From positions 80,230,001-80,294,000 of the forward strand of contig CM059432.1 in NCBI GenBank assembly GCA_030390025.1: a stretch of DNA of 64,000 nt, in the 5' to 3' direction. Both the position numbers and the translations under genes were made by a program. Below, one piece after another: positions 60,180-64,000 of the stretch. The notes beneath the pieces were generated by a model. That model was not told the origin of the DNA, ran no database searches, and saw nothing but the letters and a program-made list of their open reading frames with translations. Numbering within the stretch: the first letter of the stretch is position 1; each line of letters begins with the position of its first letter. The DNA comes from Squalus acanthias. Its lineage: Eukaryota.

Positions 60180-62386
60180 GTGCCGGCCATCAAGCCCTGT
60201 CTATTCTAATCCCATTTTCCAGCACTTGGTCCGTAGCCTTGTATGCTATGGCGTTTCAAGTGCTCATCTAAATGCTTCTTGAATGTTGTGAGGGTTCCTG
60301 CCTCTACCACCCTTTCAGGCAGTGAGTTCCAGATTCCAACCACCCTCTGGGTGAAAAAGTTTTTCCTCAAATCCCCTCTAAACCTCCTGCCCCTTACCTT
60401 GAAACTATGCCCCCTGGTTATTGACCCCTCTACTAAGGGGAAAAGTTCCTTTCTATCTACCCTATCTATGCCCCTCATAATTTTGTACACCTCAATCAGG
60501 TCCCCCCTCAGCCGTCTCTGCTCTAAGGAAAACAACCCCAGTCTTTCTCATAGCTGACGCGCTCCAGCCCAGGTAACATCCTGGTGAATCTCCTCTGCAC
60601 CCTCTCCAATGCAATCACATCCTTCCTATAGTGTGGCGACCAGAACTGCACACAGAATATTTCCACTTGTGGGGAAGAGCATAACAAGAGGCCATCAATA
60701 TAAGATAGTCACCAAGAAATCCAATAGGGAATTCAGAAGAAACTTCTTTACCCAGAGAGTGGTGAGAATGTGGAACTCGCTATCACAGGGAGTGGCTGAA
60801 GCAAATAGTATAGATGCATTCAAGGGGAGGCTAGACAAGCATATGAGGGAGAAGGGAATAGAGGGTTATGCTGATAGATTTAGATGAGGAAAGACAGGAG
60901 GAGGCTTGTGTGTGGCATAAACGTCGGCATGGACTGGTTGGGCCGAATGGCCTGTTTCTGTGCCGTATATCCTATGTAATCCTATGTAATTTTAGTTCCG
61001 TGTCTGCACTTCAAAAGTACTTAATTGGCTGTAAGCGCTTTGGGACGTCCTGATGTTGTGAAAGGCGCTATATAAATGCAAGTCTTTCTTCTTTGTCTTT
61101 CAGTTACAGTTGGAGGAAAATCGTGTAAAAAATAAAAATATTGCTATACAAAATCATTAGCCTCCACTAATGCTAATGCAGGGAACAAAATGTAACTAAA
61201 CATCAATGCGCTTTTCTAAAAAGCAAATTTAGTATTAGCTTCCAACAGAAACCTAGATTTAAGAATCCAAGGCCAGTGGATTAATTTATGTGCCCATTTT
61301 ATATGGAGGATCTGGAGGGAGAGTTCGTCCAAAGAACGTGAAAGTTGGCATGGTATCTGAGTACCATTGTTAACATATTACAATGGGGGTGGTGCAGACC
61401 ACCAGAACTGCTTTCCTTTGCATTATATTTTTCTTCAGTGTAAAATTCTGTGTGCTGCAATCAGGAGGTGTGAGCTTATGTACCCTATTTCACAACCTGT
61501 GCTCGACTTAGCAAAAGCTCACAAAAATCAAAGTTTTAATGCATAGAAGATTGTGACTACCCTGGCAGCACACCATAGATAATATCCTTGACAATTCCTG
61601 TCATGTAATTAGATTGTAGTACAGACTGTAGCAGAGTGTTCTGGTTTCTTTGTTACTTTCCTTCTAAAGAGTCACAATTGAAGACTCGTCCATCAGTTAT
61701 ACTGCAATTTTACAGTGGCACCATACTTTAATTTTTAAAGCTTCAAAAACATTTATAATGATAGAAGAGAATTGGTTATCCTGCCATAAGCAGTTGGGAT
61801 GAGGAATGAGTGCTGTTTGAGTAATCATGTGTGGAGCGATGCCTTCCTTCACTAAAATGGGTGCAGAGAAAACACCTCTGATTTGGTGAACTTAATAAAA
61901 ATGTCAAGAAGGTGGTTTGAAAGAGAATCAAATATTTGACTGCAGTACAGAGAAAAGAAGTAGGGTTACATTCTGGAGCTCTTTTCATCCCACCAGAGTT
62001 TAGTGTTGATAGATATCCACAGGAGGGCGATAGAGTTACTTTCTGTAATGCCAATTGTGGTGCGTTAAATTCCTCACAATTTCCACCTTTTCATCATTGT
62101 TTATAATTAACCAAAGTAAAATGAAAGATTGATAGCTTTACGAGGAGCATACAATTCCTATTCCATATTCATAGTGAATAAACCTTCTGATCAAATGTTT
62201 TAAATATTCAAACTAAGTTTTTGAATCTCACCCTCCCTGTGACATTATTCCCAAATGATGTTCATTCTTAAATTACCACCCAGATAAATAGGTTACTCCT
62301 AACAAAATAGATCCTATCTATCAAATGAAATAGTGTATTCTGACAGCTTAAATTTTTCAGTCCTTGTAACTTGTATCTCATTTCTC

Positions 62387-62521
62387 TGTTCTGACGAAGG
62401 GTCATCGACCTGAAACGTTGACTCTGTTTCTCTCTCCACAGATGCTGGCTGACCTGCTGAGTATTTCTAGCATTTTCTGTTTTTATTTCAGATTTCCAGT
62501 ATCCACAGTATTTTGCTTTTG
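62387..62521 (+). mobile_element. Penelope pLTR fragment with hammerhead motif (62387-62423)
   Basis: GTT-CTGACGA-AGGGTCATCGACCT-GAAACGTT-GAC followed by the pLTR tail. Confidence 0.8.
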
Positions 62522-62639
62522 TATCTCGTTTCTCTCCCTACTTCCCCCATCCCATTTGGAGAATGGTTCAGGTAAAGTGAGGAGAGGAAATCCAAACAAT
62601 TCAACTGAATAAAAAGACATTTTATTGTTCTTGTTTCAT

Positions 62640-62945
62640 TTACCAGATCTGCCTGGACCACATTAAGTGCTATCAGGCCTCACTTTCCTCTGCCAACCTT
62701 GCCTACTTACTCCAGGATCACCTTGGAGAGCAATGATAATCCTCGGCTTGTTTTCGACACTAGCAACCATATCCTGACATCTTTCTGCCCCATCCCTTAT
62801 ACCCTCACTTTCAATAACAAGTGCAAGGAGCTCATGGACATCTTTGTCACTAAGATCGAGGTTATCCATACAGCTGCTTCTGCTGCTTCCTCACTTCCTC
62901 TTGCCCACCAAGCCAAACTTCCCACCAGGTTCCCCCTGCCCTAGC
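62640..62945 (+). mobile_element. L2 ORF2 fragment
   Basis: YSRITLESNDNPRLVF..N...C.E.MD.FVTKIE.I, an L2 linker-like segment. Confidence 0.55.
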
Positions 62946-63446
62946 CCTGTTCCTGTGTTGAGGGAGGGAAGTCCTCCCTCATGTTACCTTGTAATAATGT
63001 GTAGAGAGAGAAAGAGACCCTGTTGAGGGGGAGAGAGAGAGCAATTTTGTTGACTGGGTCTGCGAGATGAAAGAGGGAAAAAAGTCCTATTGCGGGAGGG
63101 GGTGTGAAGGAGAGGGATAGGACTTGGCTACTTCTCGGTCAGGGTTTAGTGGATCCATGTTATAAAACACTATGGTGTAGATTTTCCTATGGGGTAGATT
63201 TACTGTCAAAATAGCACCAAAAATGTACTTACTCCTATCAGTGTAACTCCAATGAGACGCAGCTCAATTTTCATCAGTACACTCTTCTTAGGAGAATTTA
63301 ACTTTTCTTTTTCATTTTCTTCCATTAAACTATTCAATCTGGAGGTTTGTAAGCAATTACTATACCTGTGAATACATCAGTTACTGTTGCTTATCATGCT
63401 GATTAATAAAATAATGTGTAGTGTGATATATTTTATTTGAAAAAAT

Positions 63447-63800
63447 GGGCAGGAATTTTCTGGGGTGGTAGCGGGCACGATCGGAGGCGGGTCAGATGGG
63501 AAAGTTGTTATTTTTGGGAGCAGGTTGGGAACCCACTGTCATTCTGCTTCCATGCGCCTTTCTCCCAGGCATGTCTGTCAGTGCGGACCCGACCCGACTG
63601 GCAGAGGCGGGCGACCCAATTTAAATTATTAATAGTTTGTTGTCAAACCCTTAAGAGTGGTTTTAACCTTACCTTTTAAATTTAACTGGATGGAAACATG
63701 CTGCTTGGGAACCATGTCTGTCAACCTGAGGGTGGGAGCTCAGTGGCCATTGCCCCAGCTGATTAGTTGACGGCATCAAATGTACTATAAAAGCTCCCAC
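63447..63800. mobile_element. Probable Harbinger-type element terminus
   Basis: GGGCAGGAATTTTC start and GC-rich subterminal region resembling 46376 and 10243; other end not identified. Confidence 0.4.
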
Positions 63801-64000
63801 CTGCCAGATGATCACTTTCTTCAGCAGAAGCTGTTTCTCATGGCATTCTCAGCACAGATTCTGCAGGCTGCAGTCTTTCCAGCAAAGTCTCCATCCAGTG
63901 TCTTTGACGGCACCTGCGATACGCACATAGCAGTCCCAAACACTCTAAGAGAGTGCAGGGCTGATCAATCGCGGGCTGGAAAAAAATCAAAATACAGCAC

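Larger units (their letters stand above)
57522..60655 (-). mobile_element. CR1 3' fragment hosting the hAT element in its 3'UTR
   Basis: RT C-terminus at 60206-60655; 3'UTR split at 57579/60180. Confidence 0.85.
53115..60990 (+). mobile_element. CR1 3' fragment broken into three pieces (53115-53411, 57423-57521, 60656-60990)
   Basis: The RT C-terminus reads continuously across the insertions (EMRGY|YQE..LFSLEKRRLRGDL|..FPLVGKSITRGH); tail ATCCTATGTA x2. Confidence 0.8.

Overview
Vertebrate genomic DNA, most likely a cartilaginous fish (inferred from Deu-domain SINEs, abundant CR1/L2/RTE LINEs and Penelope pLTR fragments). The only host gene I can support is the 5' end of CPA6 (carboxypeptidase A6) on the minus strand: coding exon 1 at 28943-29052, a 24,087-bp intron, and exon 2 at 4780-4855. 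Both exons are too short to appear in the ORF track. A GC-rich promoter region with a G-rich minisatellite runs into a 200-N gap. Most other recognisable sequence is transposon-derived and often deeply nested. It includes CR1, RTE and L2 LINEs; Penelope fragments with minimal hammerhead ribozyme motifs; at least four PIF/Harbinger-type MITE families with 3-bp TSDs; a split Harbinger transposase plus Myb relic; Gypsy remnants; and a full-length hAT transposon with one frameshift. The most interesting signal is a ~3.2-kb LINE family present twice. It has a tRNA-like A/B-box head joined directly to a single APE-RT coding region, and its sense strand is almost free of TTTT runs, as expected if the whole protein-coding element is transcribed by RNA polymerase III. 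All calls come from manual reading without database searches, and boundaries of old repeats are approximate.
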